The notes: a model not told the origin generated them from the letters alone. A stretch of 64,000 bases of DNA from Cyanophyceae cyanobacterium (GCA_038321985.1 JBBQFN010000006.1:1-64000); one strand, 5' to 3'. Shown: positions 1 to 12,156, counted from the first letter of the stretch. Numbers and translations are program-made.

Positions 1-1436
<1,436 letters not shown>

Positions 1437-1630
1437 AATTCTAAAGTCTAGGACTCATTTCACTGAATGATTTCCAAGGACTCTAGGCTTTTCACTTTGA
1501 GTGATTGGCTTGTTTGTCAAATTTAACTTGCGTTTTTTTGACTTTTAGTTTATAGTCTCTAGGTATAACCCTTAGAGACTTCTGATTCTCTTCACGAGAC
1601 CAGGTTTCTATTGGCTTTCAAACTCTTTAA

Positions 1631-1678
1631 TTGTCTTGGTTCAGGCGCGACTTGGTTCGTTGCCTTTCCTCACCGCGC
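1631..1678 (-). promoter_or_regulatory. rrn leader antitermination elements (boxB-like hairpin + boxA-like GAACCAAGACAA)
   Basis: Minus strand reads GCGCG...CGCGC hairpin followed by GAACCAAGACAA (1642-1631), resembling cyanobacterial rrn boxA. Confidence 0.6.
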
Positions 1679-1684
1679 TTTACT

Positions 1685-1713
1685 ACTTTAACTAACCCAC
1701 CCGGGTTTGTCAA
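1685..1713 (-). promoter_or_regulatory. sigma70-type rrn promoter
   Basis: TTGACA (1713-1708)-N17-TAAAGT (1690-1685) with an A/T-rich upstream tract. Confidence 0.8.
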
Positions 1714-2211
1714 GCGTTTTTGAGGTTTTTTTTGACTTTTTTTAAAAAAAGTCTGGAAGCCATACAGGGAAGGAGTTAAAGAAAGAAAGTTTTTTTAGAA
1801 AGGGGTGGGTAAGGCTGCGTTAAGACTGATTGCCCCGAGTAAAATTGCTCAATCCTTACACAGAGGAGGGTCTGATCGCCTTTCTTTCTGAAGGTAGTTT
1901 TTCGAGAAAAGCGATCGGTTTGGGGATAAGCCCTTGGTTAGAGTCGATAAACTAGATTCATGGATTCCAGGACAGGCGATATATATATGGATATAAAGCG
2001 ATCGCCCTGGGGATAAGACCAATGTTACAAGGATCCTCAAGCTGGCCTTTCTCTATATATAGACGTAACCGTAAGAAACCCCGGCCTCCATTTGAACAAG
2101 GGCTGTGGTAATCCTGAGATTATGGATACAATTCCCGATCTCGTAATGCCTGTGGGACACAACCTACCCCCAACATATGGGCCGATTAGAGAGGTTGCCT
2201 GTACCCAATGC

Positions 2212-2251
2212 AAAAAAAGAGGGACACATTATTAATGTGTCCCTCTTTTTT
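2212..2251. terminator. Intrinsic terminator downstream of tRNA-Ala (bidirectional type)
   Basis: Inverted repeat aaaaaaagagggacacatta/taatgtgtccctctttttt flanked by A and T tracts. Confidence 0.8.
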
Positions 2252-2257
2252 ATTGTA

Positions 2258-2330
2258 TGGAGCTAAGCGGACTCGAACCGCTGGCCCCCTCAATGCCATT
2301 GAGGTGCTCTACCAACTGAGCTATAGCCCC
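2258..2330 (-). tRNA. tRNA-Ala(GGC)
   Basis: GGGGCTATAGCTCAGTTGGTAGAGCA-CCTCA-ATGGCAT-TGAGG...GGTTCGAGTCC...GCTCCA; no encoded CCA after the discriminator. TTGACA upstream at 2375-2370. Confidence 0.97.
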
Positions 2331-2487
2331 ATTCAGCGCTTTATTATATTGGCACGAACCCGATTAATTTGTCAACTCCGTTTGAAAAATTTTTTCCGAG
2401 TTTTGTGAATGAATCGGCTGCTCCCTGCGGGAAGGCAATTATCATAACGGATAATACGCCCTGACGAGCTCTTCATGAAATTTACGT

Positions 2488-2796
2488 TTATGGCAGCAGT
2501 GGAGTGAACTCACCCGATTCACCAGAATAATCGATCGTCTCAGTTTCTATCCAAGGGCTAACACTAACCGCGTGGGTAGAAGTGTAATAAGAATCAAGCA
2601 GTCCTCGATTCGCTATTTCTCGGACATACAGCATATAGTCGCCCATGAGGAAATAGACGGCCATCATAGCAGCGGCAGCCATTGCTACTAAGGTCCCTGC
2701 CAGCATCAGCGAAAATTCGCTTTTATCGACGGCTTGCTGCATGAGGTGCAGGGACCAGGCCACCAAAGCTATGACGATTATGAGGATCAGAATCAT
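2488..2796 (-). CDS. Hypothetical small membrane protein (2 predicted TM helices)
   Basis: ATG-started 102-aa ORF with two hydrophobic segments; extended -10 TGtTAAAAT upstream. Confidence 0.7.
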   Translation of the reverse strand: MILILIIVIALVAWSLHLMQQAVDKSEFSLMLAGTLVAMAAAAMMAVYFLMGDYMLYVREIANRGLLDSYYTSTHAVSVSPWIETETIDYSGESGEFTPLLP

Positions 2797-3156
2797 AACT
2801 TTACATATATTCCCCGATTACTTTACATATTTTAACATCCTCTCAGATTAAGTGGGTAGAGCTATAAAAAAAACCTCCGTCCCGTAAATTAAAAAAGATG
2901 GGGAGGAGAAACCTTGAGGGTGTATGGGTTTGAAGTAAATTTTAAGGACTAACACGGCGGGTGCCATTGAAAACCTTAATACAATATTCATCCTTTAGAG
3001 AGACGGCAAATAATTAAAGGAGAATTATTGCCAGGATGCTCAGATAAGAGAGCAAGTCACCAGGGGCGATCGCCTTTTCAGGGTGGGGTCAAGCGGGCAG
3101 TACCCAGCCGAGTTGGAATCGAGTTAGACGCCTTAAAGACAGGAGGTTTTGTGCCT

Positions 3157-3927
3157 CTACAATTGACGGATGGGGACTTGCCGTTCGGCGAGGTAGGTTT
3201 TAATCTCGGCGACGCTGAGTTGGCCGTAATGTAACAAAGAGGCAAGCAGGGCTGCTTCAGAGTGTCCTGTGGTAAGGGCTTCATAAATATGTTGGCAGTT
3301 CCCGGCACCTCCGGAAGCAATCACCGGAATTTGAACTTGTTGGGCTATCGTGCGAGTCAGTTCTAAGTCATAACCGGCCTGAGTGCCGTCGGCATCCATA
3401 CTGGTTACGAGTAATTCTCCACAGCCTCGCTGTTCGACTTCTTTTGCCCAAGCGATCGCATCAAGGCCAGTATTTTCACGACCCCCGCGTACATAAACAT
3501 CCCAACCGGCATTTTCGGGGTCTGTGCGGCGACGGGCATCGATCGCCACGACAATACACTGATTGCCAAAGCGATCGCTGGCTTCATTAATAAAATCTGG
3601 GTTTCGCACCGCGGCTGAGTTAATGCTGATTTTATCCGCCCCTGCTCTTAACAATTTTTTAATAGTTTCTAGGGATTGGATCCCACCCCCAACGGTCAGG
3701 GGAATAAAAACCTGTTCGGCAGTGCGGTAAACTACATCAAAAATAATATCCCGGTCTTCATGAGTGGCGGTGATATCCAGAAATACCAACTCATCGGCAC
3801 CGGCTTCATTGTAAACCTGAGCCAGTTCTACGGGGTCTCCGGCATCCTTGAGGTTGACAAAGTTGATTCCCTTGACAACACGACCGGCTTTGACATCTAA
3901 ACAGGGTAAGATTCGTTTGGCAAGCAT
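3157..3927 (-). CDS. hisF: Imidazole glycerol phosphate synthase subunit HisF
   Basis: [12 protein letters not shown]...[29 protein letters not shown] motifs. Confidence 0.98.
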   Translation of the reverse strand: MLAKRILPCLDVKAGRVVKGINFVNLKDAGDPVELAQVYNEAGADELVFLDITATHEDRDIIFDVVYRTAEQVFIPLTVGGGIQSLETIKKLLRAGADKISINSAAVRNPDFINEASDRFGNQCIVVAIDARRRTDPENAGWDVYVRGGRENTGLDAIAWAKEVEQRGCGELLVTSMDADGTQAGYDLELTRTIAQQVQIPVIASGGAGNCQHIYEALTTGHSEAALLASLLHYGQLSVAEIKTYLAERQVPIRQL

Positions 3928-4081
3928 GATGGGTTCGGTTAGGGGACTCGAAAAGACCGCAGGAGCAAGGGATCAAGGTAGAAAATTCCTCCCTCAACCT
4001 TTGTCCAAAGGCTTCATAATCAGCGGCAAGCACTGATAAACTGTGGAATGATTCAATCAGAGGAAACCCACAGGATTTCAA

Positions 4082-4279
4082 ATGAAAATCGGTCAAAAGG
4101 TTAAAGTTACCCGCCTCAGAGAAAGATTGTCTGCTGATACCGTCGCCAAAATTAAAACCAATCCCGTCGGCACAATCAAAGATTTTAGAATGACGGATGC
4201 CAGCGGTGTTGGAGTTGTGGTTCAGTTGGACAGCGGAATCACCACTTGGTTCTTTGAGGATGAAGTCGAAGCCCTATAA
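4082..4279 (+). CDS. petP: DUF2862 / cytochrome b6f-associated subunit PetP
   Basis: 65 aa, MKIGQKVKV.RLR...MTD.SG.G..V...G...WFFEDE pattern; usual position before the ArsA-like gene and chlG. Confidence 0.75.
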   Translation: MKIGQKVKVTRLRERLSADTVAKIKTNPVGTIKDFRMTDASGVGVVVQLDSGITTWFFEDEVEAL

Positions 4280-4378
4280 GGGGGGCGATCGCGGTGAGAA
4301 CAGTGGGGAATCCAACCTGTCACTCCCGCGATCAACGATTAACATAAGAAAGGTTCGAGTGGCTTACAACAGAAACAA

Positions 4379-5476
4379 ATGGCCTTAATTTTGACCTTTT
4401 TAGGAAAAGGTGGGACTGGAAGAACGACCGTCGCGATCGCCGCTGCCAAAAGATTTGCATCTCAAGGTAAGCGCGTGTTGCTCGTCGGCCAGGATAGCAG
4501 TCCCGCTTTTAGTTTACTCGTCGGTGCGACCGTCACCTGCGATCCCACAGAAATCGGCGCTAACCTCAAAGCAGTACAGCTAGAATCAGCGGTATTGCTG
4601 CAACGGAGTTGGCAGCAAGTGAAAGATTTGGAAGCGGAATACCTTCGTACTCCCTTTTTTAAAGAAGTTTATGGCGAAGAATTGGGGGTGTTGCCGGGGA
4701 TGGATAGCGCCCTGGCACTAAATGCTCTGCGCGAGTATGATGCCAGCAATCAATATGATGTGATTGTTTACGACGGCAGAGGGGATAAAGATACCCTACG
4801 AATGTTGGGAATCCCCGAGATTTTAAGCTGGTATATTCGCCGCTTCCGGGGGGTGTTGGCTGAATCAGAACTGGGGAAAGCACTGTCGCCCTTTGTGCAA
4901 CCTGTCACCAGTACGGTGTTTAATACGGGCTGGTCCCTGGATAATGTCGGGGGTAAACCGGCAGAACAAGCGACGGATTTATTGGAACGGGGGAAACAGT
5001 CGGTGGGCGACCCCAATCGGGTGATTGCTTATTTGGTGACGACGGGCGATCGCCCTGCGGTAGAAACCAGTCGCTATCTCTGGGGTAGCGCTCAACAAGC
5101 CGGTCTCAGCGTAGGTGGATTAATTTGTAATTTAACTCCAGTTACTGATGAAGTGGTGGAACAATTTGCACCCCTGCCGGTGACTTCCATTCCTCAAATG
5201 GAGGGGAACGACTGGGAACCCCTGATGGATGCCTTGCCAGACTTCAAGAAACCAGCAGATGTCCCCCAACCGATTGAAGTGGACCGGATAAATAGTCAAG
5301 TGAAGCTATTTTTGCCCGGGTTTGACAAAAAACAAGTCAAGCTGACGCAATATGGTCCGGAAGTGACCATTGAAGCGGGGGACCAACGGCGTAACATTTC
5401 CTTGCCTCCGGAGTTAAAGGGGAAAGCGGTTAAAGGGGCGAAGTTTCAGCAGCAATTCTTAATTATTTCGTTTTAA
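4379..5476 (+). CDS. ArsA/Get3-like ATPase with C-terminal HSP20-like domain (Get3d type)
   Basis: Deviant P-loop GKGGTGRTT, LPGMD motif, C-terminal LFLPGFDKKQVKLTQYGPEVTIEAGDQRRNI. Confidence 0.9.
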   Translation: MALILTFLGKGGTGRTTVAIAAAKRFASQGKRVLLVGQDSSPAFSLLVGATVTCDPTEIGANLKAVQLESAVLLQRSWQQVKDLEAEYLRTPFFKEVYGEELGVLPGMDSALALNALREYDASNQYDVIVYDGRGDKDTLRMLGIPEILSWYIRRFRGVLAESELGKALSPFVQPVTSTVFNTGWSLDNVGGKPAEQATDLLERGKQSVGDPNRVIAYLVTTGDRPAVETSRYLWGSAQQAGLSVGGLICNLTPVTDEVVEQFAPLPVTSIPQMEGNDWEPLMDALPDFKKPADVPQPIEVDRINSQVKLFLPGFDKKQVKLTQYGPEVTIEAGDQRRNISLPPELKGKAVKGAKFQQQFLIISF

Positions 5477-5592
5477 CGGGTTTTAAGTTGTTTTAAAGGG
5501 TGCGATCGCTCGTTGGATGGGTTCCGGTTGGACTGGAGGCATCTGACGGGCGATCGTATTGATAGGGACAGGTATAGAAGGGTAAGTAGATC

Positions 5593-6582
5593 TTAGGGAA
5601 ATTCTTTAGGGCGAGCTAAATAGGGTAAAAGTAAATCGAGGGTTTGGCGAGTTCGCTGACTGACGCCGCGATCGTGAAGATGATAAATTGTATCATAAAA
5701 CATTGATTTTTCATACATAAAGTCTTCGGGTTCACCCAGAATTGGGACTCCAATGCCTTGATAAAAATCTTTGATACTTTTGAAATATTCTTGTTGCTTA
5801 GGTTCTTGGTAAATGGAAAAGTTAACCATATTTGGCCAAGTGGCAATGACTTGAATGTTATGCTCTCTAGCCCATTCTACAAACTTATGAATACTCTTCA
5901 TTCCGTAACTCGACTGAATATAACCCTGTAGGACAAAGGGTTCTAAGTCATCAATAGTTTGGAGCAATTTGGCTGTGATGGTCGATTCACTATTTTGAAT
6001 AGTATCTCCATATTCATTCAGGTAAAGATTAGGATTTTTTAAAGATTCCGCGCTAATCGAAGGAGTTGCTTTTGTGAGAATTCCCTCAAATAACCGAGGA
6101 AATGTAATTCCTCCAATAAATTTGAGTTGCTGAAGCCAATTTAATGAAAATAAATATTGAGAATCGTAACTCATTACATAGTCAATCAAAACATCATTGG
6201 GGACCCCTATTTCTTTATAAAGATGATATTCAAGGGTTAGAAGAATTATGTCTTGGGGCTTAGCCCACTGTTTAACTTTACTAAAGATGTAATCTGTTCC
6301 CATTGCTGCTTGAGTAGCGCCATTGAGACAGGGTATGCCAGCCTCTTCAACGATCGCCTGGCAACTAATGCCGTATAAAGCATTAGAACCCGCAGCAATG
6401 ATTAATTTAGGAGTCTGGAGTGAAAGGGCAATTTGTGATTTATTAACATAAAGATTATTAATCCAACCGGATAGTCCTATAGTAGGAGTTCCCAGTTGAT
6501 AAAAAACAGCCCCCAGGAAAATAACCAAACATATTAAGAAGGTAAAAACAAGTAGACCTAAGTAGCTTAAGTATTTCTTCAT
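5593..6582 (-). CDS. Membrane-anchored SGNH-like (DltD/AlgJ-type) protein
   Basis: N-terminal TM, AGSNA block-I-like motif, C-terminal YDTIYHL; 3 bp downstream of an MBOAT gene. Confidence 0.6.
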   Translation of the reverse strand: MKKYLSYLGLLVFTFLICLVIFLGAVFYQLGTPTIGLSGWINNLYVNKSQIALSLQTPKLIIAAGSNALYGISCQAIVEEAGIPCLNGATQAAMGTDYIFSKVKQWAKPQDIILLTLEYHLYKEIGVPNDVLIDYVMSYDSQYLFSLNWLQQLKFIGGITFPRLFEGILTKATPSISAESLKNPNLYLNEYGDTIQNSESTITAKLLQTIDDLEPFVLQGYIQSSYGMKSIHKFVEWAREHNIQVIATWPNMVNFSIYQEPKQQEYFKSIKDFYQGIGVPILGEPEDFMYEKSMFYDTIYHLHDRGVSQRTRQTLDLLLPYLARPKEFP

Positions 6583-6585
6583 TAT

Positions 6586-8175
6586 TTAAAAATTAAAGTA
6601 TAAAAATTCGCTCTCAGGAACCCCTAAAAAAGTTTTAAAGAGGATAAATGTAGCAATTCCAATAATGATTGCCCACATAAAATTGGGCTGCCATTCTAGG
6701 AATTTTAAGGGGGACTTTTCTGAGGCTATGGAAAAATTTATTTCTTTGGCTGGGTGAGGATTATGCCCTTTCATCAACTGGTAAGTATTCGGACATGATA
6801 AGGCAATTACTAACAGGGTTAACCCCCAAACATAAGTCCAGATGAACTGTTCTCCGCCAAAAGATTTAAACGTAATCCCCCAACTTGCTAAACCGACTTT
6901 GAGAAATCCGAGTTTATTGGCGATCGCTAAGGGAATCGATACACCATTTCCTCCCATCATTCCCTGCAATAATAACAGGGCTGTATCTAAGTTATTGGCT
7001 CTAAAAAAGACCCAAGCCACGATAACAGCTATTAGAGTAATACCGCCACCGATAACCCGACTCCAGCCTGGATGAGATTGGCGATCGCCTCTCCACTTTT
7101 TCCAAATCGCTCTCCATTGACTATTGATGACTAAATAAATCCCATGTAGCCCGCCCCATAATACAAATGTCCAACCGGCACCATGCCAAAGACCTCCTAA
7201 AAACATAGTAATCATTAAATTGATTTGACGCCGAAATTCTCCGTGACGATTTCCACCCAGGGGAATGTAGAGATAGTCTCGCAGAAAATTGGAGAGGGTA
7301 ATATGCCATCGCCGCCAAAACTCGATGATACTGGTTGCTTGATAGGGTGAATAAAAGTTAAGGGGCAAAGTTATTCCAAATAACAATGCAGCACCGATCG
7401 CCATGTCAGAATACCCAGAAAAATCATAGTAAAGTTGCAAAGAATAGGCAATCGCACCTCCCCAAGCCTCAAAAAATTGGATGGGGGTCCCCTGGGCGGC
7501 TGCATTAAAAATTGGATTGGCATATCGAGCCAAATTATCTGCAAAAACTACTTTTTTAAACATTCCTATTATAAAAATAGTACAACCTATCGCAAAATTT
7601 TTATAACTAAACTTATAAATTAATCGATTATAAAACTGAGGGATTAAATCTTGGTGATGGACAATGGGTCCAGCAATGAGCTGGGGGAAAAAACTTACAA
7701 ACAATACATATTTTAAGAAGCTATATTTTCCAACCTCTCCTCGATAACAATCTACTAAATAAGCAATTTGCTGAAAGGTAAAAAATGAAATTCCTAATGG
7801 TAAAATCACATTTAAAGATTGCTGCAATTCAAGTGGAGCTATAAACTTTAAGTTTTCTATAAAAAATTCAAAATATTTGTAGTAGCCAATAATTGCTAAA
7901 TTAGCGGCTAATCCCACAATTAAAATTAATTTTTTGTTTACATTAAATGTAATATTTTCCTCTCGATTTAATAATAATCCGATTGTATAATTTACGCCAA
8001 TTGAAAACATCAAAAGGACAAGATAAGGGGGGTTCCACCAAGCATAAAAAAACAGTGAGGCTGCAACTAAGAAAGCGACTGCCCAGCGATAATAGCCGCG
8101 CTTTCCTAGCTGATAAAAGAGCCAAAGCACCAGAGGTAAAAAAAACCCAATAAATTCTAATGAATTAAAAAGCAT
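6586..8175 (-). CDS. MBOAT family O-acyltransferase (AlgI/DltB-like)
   Basis: MLFNS..F, LPLGISFFTFQ, FFPQLIAGPI, DFSGYSDMAIG, FWRRWHITLS, GLWHGA, C-terminal FLYFNF. Confidence 0.95.
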   Translation of the reverse strand: MLFNSLEFIGFFLPLVLWLFYQLGKRGYYRWAVAFLVAASLFFYAWWNPPYLVLLMFSIGVNYTIGLLLNREENITFNVNKKLILIVGLAANLAIIGYYKYFEFFIENLKFIAPLELQQSLNVILPLGISFFTFQQIAYLVDCYRGEVGKYSFLKYVLFVSFFPQLIAGPIVHHQDLIPQFYNRLIYKFSYKNFAIGCTIFIIGMFKKVVFADNLARYANPIFNAAAQGTPIQFFEAWGGAIAYSLQLYYDFSGYSDMAIGAALLFGITLPLNFYSPYQATSIIEFWRRWHITLSNFLRDYLYIPLGGNRHGEFRRQINLMITMFLGGLWHGAGWTFVLWGGLHGIYLVINSQWRAIWKKWRGDRQSHPGWSRVIGGGITLIAVIVAWVFFRANNLDTALLLLQGMMGGNGVSIPLAIANKLGFLKVGLASWGITFKSFGGEQFIWTYVWGLTLLVIALSCPNTYQLMKGHNPHPAKEINFSIASEKSPLKFLEWQPNFMWAIIIGIATFILFKTFLGVPESEFLYFNF

Positions 8176-8653
8176 AGAATTTAGATCGATTATAGTAAAC
8201 TGAGCTATCCGTTTTATCTAGAAGTTTTTTCAAAGCTCTCCGAGATGATGTGGAAGTAGACATCTGACAATCCTGGCGATAACTTACCCGAGTTGCATCG
8301 GGCTTAATCCTTTGGCGATTAATTCAGAAGGAGTGACAATTAAATCTAAGACGAATTCCGGGAACAAGTGTTATCTTATCAGATTTTAGGGGGAGTTGAT
8401 ATGCCGACTTAGCTGGAGCAAGTAAAGGCGGTTTCGTGGAAATGCTTCAAGGTTAGGGGTGAATCTGAGGGAAGAAAAAGCCCACCCTAGTGACTCTATA
8501 ATCCATAACAAGGGATGCTCTATTACTTTTATGCATCTGGGTTAAGTCTTGATGGGGGGCTATTCTGATATTTGGAGAGAGGCAAGTTCCCGTCAGCTTG
8601 CATAATAAACTAGACTGATTACTTAACGAACCGAAACTCTCCCTACGGCTGAT

Positions 8654-9721
8654 ATGTCTAACCCCCCTACATCTGAGTCCAATCTGTCCAACTCTCCCGA
8701 TCGCCTGCCCACCCCAGAGGCTGTAGATTCAGCAACACCAACCCCCAGTGCTTCCCCTGAGTCATCCAACCGCAATGCTAGAACTCGGCAGATGTTGGGC
8801 ATGAAAGGGGCGGATGTCAAGGAGACATCCATTTGGAAAATTCGCCTGCAATTGATGAAACCGATCACCTGGATTCCCTTAATTTGGGGTGTGGTCTGTG
8901 GGGCCGCTGCTTCCGGTAACTACCAATGGAAGTTAGAGCATATTTTAATCGCAGCTGCTTGTATGTTGATGTCTGGCCCTTTGCTGGCAGGCTACACTCA
9001 AACCATTAATGATTTTTACGATCGCGATTTAGATGCGATTAACGAACCCTATCGTCCAATTCCCTCCGGGGCGATCGCTGTCCCTCAAGTGATTAGCCAA
9101 ATTTGGGTGTTGTTACTGGCAGGTATTGGCGTCGCCTACGCCCTGGATGTCTGGGCAGGGCATGATTTCCCCACGATTACCGCCTTGGCAGTCGGGGGTT
9201 CTTTTGTTTCTTACATTTATTCTGCACCGCCCCTTAAACTGAAGAAAAACGGCTGGTTAGGAAACTATGCCCTAGGTGCGAGTTATATTGCCCTGCCTTG
9301 GTGGGCGGGACAAGCGCTATTTGGGGAAATTGGACCCAAAATCATGGTGATCACCCTGATTTACAGTATGGCAGGATTAGGAATTGCGATCGTCAATGAC
9401 TTTAAAAGCGTGGAAGGAGATAAACAACTGGGTTTACAATCCTTACCCGTCATGTTTGGGGTGGGGACCGCTGCTTGGATCTGTGTCCTGATGATCGATA
9501 TCTTTCAATTGGGTATCGCGGGATACCTGATTGCGATTCACCAAAACCTGTATGCGGCAATCCTAATTTTGCTAGTTATTCCGCAAATTACCTTCCAAGA
9601 TATGTATTTCCTTCGGAATCCTTTGGAAAATGATGTCAAATATCAGGCATCAGCCCAGCCGTTTCTGGTGTTGGGAATGTTGGTGACAGCCCTCGCGATT
9701 GGTCATGCCAGTATAATTTAA
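8654..9721 (+). CDS. chlG: Chlorophyll synthase
   Basis: LQLMKPITWIPLIWGV, NDFYDRDLDAINEPYRPIPSG, NDFKSVEGD. Confidence 0.98.
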   Translation: MSNPPTSESNLSNSPDRLPTPEAVDSATPTPSASPESSNRNARTRQMLGMKGADVKETSIWKIRLQLMKPITWIPLIWGVVCGAAASGNYQWKLEHILIAAACMLMSGPLLAGYTQTINDFYDRDLDAINEPYRPIPSGAIAVPQVISQIWVLLLAGIGVAYALDVWAGHDFPTITALAVGGSFVSYIYSAPPLKLKKNGWLGNYALGASYIALPWWAGQALFGEIGPKIMVITLIYSMAGLGIAIVNDFKSVEGDKQLGLQSLPVMFGVGTAAWICVLMIDIFQLGIAGYLIAIHQNLYAAILILLVIPQITFQDMYFLRNPLENDVKYQASAQPFLVLGMLVTALAIGHASII

Positions 9722-9873
9722 CGGCGATCGCTCAAATGCTAAACCCAGAAAGCCGCCGGAACTCCCAGGTTCCGGCTAACAAATAAAGCTCGACGTATTT
9801 TAGTGCAAATACTGATCCCAAGCTCTAAAATAAAACCCAATAGGCTCGGTAAGTGGCGGTGTGAGGAGTTGAC

Positions 9874-12129
9874 GTGGCTAACTTTATTTCCAAGCTCAAA
9901 AATATCTCCAAGAAGTTGGGGAGTGCAACCGGGACCAATCCGAGAAAATCAGGGGATTTGCGACACCAAACTGGAGGCGATCGCGAAGGGGTTCGCCCTC
10001 CAACTAGAACACCTATTCCAGGGATTCACCTCAATTTAGCCCCTGGGGACCGGGGTAGAAAATTGGAACCTATCCAGATCTCTGATGATGAGAATTCGTC
10101 TAGTGGGGTTAAACGGTCCAAATCCGGCAAACCGCGTCGAAAAATTCTAGCCCACCTCCAGCACCTCTGGTTTAACCCGGGGGGAAAACCTCCCTATCGT
10201 CGTCGAGTCTTTTGGGTCGGTTTAGGAATCTTGGCGGTAAGTAGTAGCGCCGGAACCCTCGTCTGGGCTTGGTGGAAAATCGATCGCAGCTTGCCAGATA
10301 TCTCAGAAGTTTTTACCTTTGTCCGCGATGGCACGTTAACCATTACAGCGGAAGATGGAACAATTTTGCAGCAAGTTGGACCTGCAACCCGAGACAAGCT
10401 GAAAATGCAGGACATCCCTGCACCCCTGATCGAAGCCTTCATCGCATCAGAAGATAGCAGATTTTACCAACATGGGGGTGTGGACTATCAAGGTATCCTT
10501 CGGGCAACCCTTGCTAACATCATGGCTAGAGAGGTGGTTGAAGGAGGTAGTACCATCACCCAACAACTCGCCCGGATGGTCTTTTTAACTCAAGAACAAA
10601 CCGCCGGAAGGAAAATCCGAGAAGTGTTCCTAGCTAGAAAAATCGAGAAAAACATGAGGAAGCAGCAAATCCTCGAACGCTACCTGAATTATGTTTATCT
10701 CGGTTCTGGTGCATACGGGATCGCTGATGCAGCCTGGGTTTATTTTAGTAAATCCGTAAATCAGCTGACTCTAAGCGAAATGGCAATGATTGCTGGATTG
10801 CCACCGGCACCTTCAGCTTACTCCCCTTTAGTCAATCAAGAAAATGCCCGTGTACGCCGCAATATAGTTTTACAACGGATGACTGAACTGGGATACATTA
10901 CTCCAGAAGCAGCCGTGGCGGCGAGAGAAAAAAACCTAGAAGTACAAGCGAGTTCTCCGAAACGACTCAAAGTTGAGGCCCCTTACTTTACCTCATACAT
11001 CCAGAAAGAATTGCCTAAAGTCGTCTCGAAAGAGGCCCTAGAAATGGGTGGACTGACGGTGGAAACCACTATTGATCTGAAGTGGCAGAAAATTGCTGAA
11101 AAAGTGGTCAAAGAAGCCGCAGAACTCGACGGACCGGCCCAGGGATTTGATCAGGCGGCATTAGTGGCGATCGCCCCGGATACTGGGGAAATCAAAGTCA
11201 TGGTAGGAGGGCGATCGTTTGAAGAAAGCGAATTCAACCGGGTGACTCAGGCACAACGTCAACCGGGTTCGACCTTTAAAGGATTTGTCTATGCAGCGGC
11301 GATCGCTGCCGGTTGGTCCCCTTATGATGGCTATGAAGATGCCAATTTTAAAGTTGATGGTTACAAACCGCGCAATTATGGCGGCAAATATCGCGGTTGG
11401 GTTTCCATCAGCGATGCCCTAACTAATTCTATTAATGTCGTGGCAGTGAAAGTCTTAATTGATATTGGGTTTGAACCCACTATCGAACTCGCTAAAAATA
11501 TGGGTATCAAGTCGAAACTCGACCCCATTTACTCTTTAGCTCTCGGCGGATCTGAGGTGAATTTACTGGAACTAACCAGCGCCTACGGCACGATCGCCGC
11601 TGAAGGGAAACATAATGAACCCCACGGGATTGTTCGCGTCATGGATCGCCGAGGTGACACCCTTTACGAAGGGAAACCCCAGCTCAAACAGGCTTTGGAT
11701 CCAGAGAGTTCGGCGATCGTCACTTGGATGTTAGAACCCGTCGTCCAACATGGCACGGGTTCAGCGGCGCAGTTAGGTAACCGTCCCGTTGCCGGAAAAA
11801 CCGGCACTTCCGACGAAGCACGAGACCTCTGGTTTATCGGCTATATTCCTCAATTAGTCACTGGCGTTTGGTTGGGTAATGATGATAGTTATCCCACCTG
11901 GGGAAGCAGCAGTACCGCCGCCTTCACCTGGCGTCAATTCATGGAAAAAGCGGTTGAAGGAATGCCTGTTGAGGAGTTTCCTAAAATTCCCGAACGGTTA
12001 GATGGACGCAAAGAGTTTCTAAAAACAAATCCGGTAACTCCCAATAGTATTTTCTATGGAGATACCACCCCAGATAATGCTCAAACGGGTTCTGCCAATG
12101 CTGGTGGTTATTCCGAGGGGTATTACTAA
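9874..12129 (+). CDS. Class A penicillin-binding protein (PBP1A family)
   Basis: TM, glycosyltransferase motifs EDSRFYQH and GGSTITQQL, transpeptidase motifs STFK, SIN, KTG. Confidence 0.95.
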   Translation: MANFISKLKNISKKLGSATGTNPRKSGDLRHQTGGDREGVRPPTRTPIPGIHLNLAPGDRGRKLEPIQISDDENSSSGVKRSKSGKPRRKILAHLQHLWFNPGGKPPYRRRVFWVGLGILAVSSSAGTLVWAWWKIDRSLPDISEVFTFVRDGTLTITAEDGTILQQVGPATRDKLKMQDIPAPLIEAFIASEDSRFYQHGGVDYQGILRATLANIMAREVVEGGSTITQQLARMVFLTQEQTAGRKIREVFLARKIEKNMRKQQILERYLNYVYLGSGAYGIADAAWVYFSKSVNQLTLSEMAMIAGLPPAPSAYSPLVNQENARVRRNIVLQRMTELGYITPEAAVAAREKNLEVQASSPKRLKVEAPYFTSYIQKELPKVVSKEALEMGGLTVETTIDLKWQKIAEKVVKEAAELDGPAQGFDQAALVAIAPDTGEIKVMVGGRSFEESEFNRVTQAQRQPGSTFKGFVYAAAIAAGWSPYDGYEDANFKVDGYKPRNYGGKYRGWVSISDALTNSINVVAVKVLIDIGFEPTIELAKNMGIKSKLDPIYSLALGGSEVNLLELTSAYGTIAAEGKHNEPHGIVRVMDRRGDTLYEGKPQLKQALDPESSAIVTWMLEPVVQHGTGSAAQLGNRPVAGKTGTSDEARDLWFIGYIPQLVTGVWLGNDDSYPTWGSSSTAAFTWRQFMEKAVEGMPVEEFPKIPERLDGRKEFLKTNPVTPNSIFYGDTTPDNAQTGSANAGGYSEGYY

Positions 12130-12156
12130 TTAGGTCGATGAGAATGGATGACCAGA

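Noticed and set aside
1908..2017. Direct repeat AAAGCGATCG...TGGGGATAAG twice, 87 nt apart
   Set aside because: Only two imperfect HIP1-based copies; not an array.
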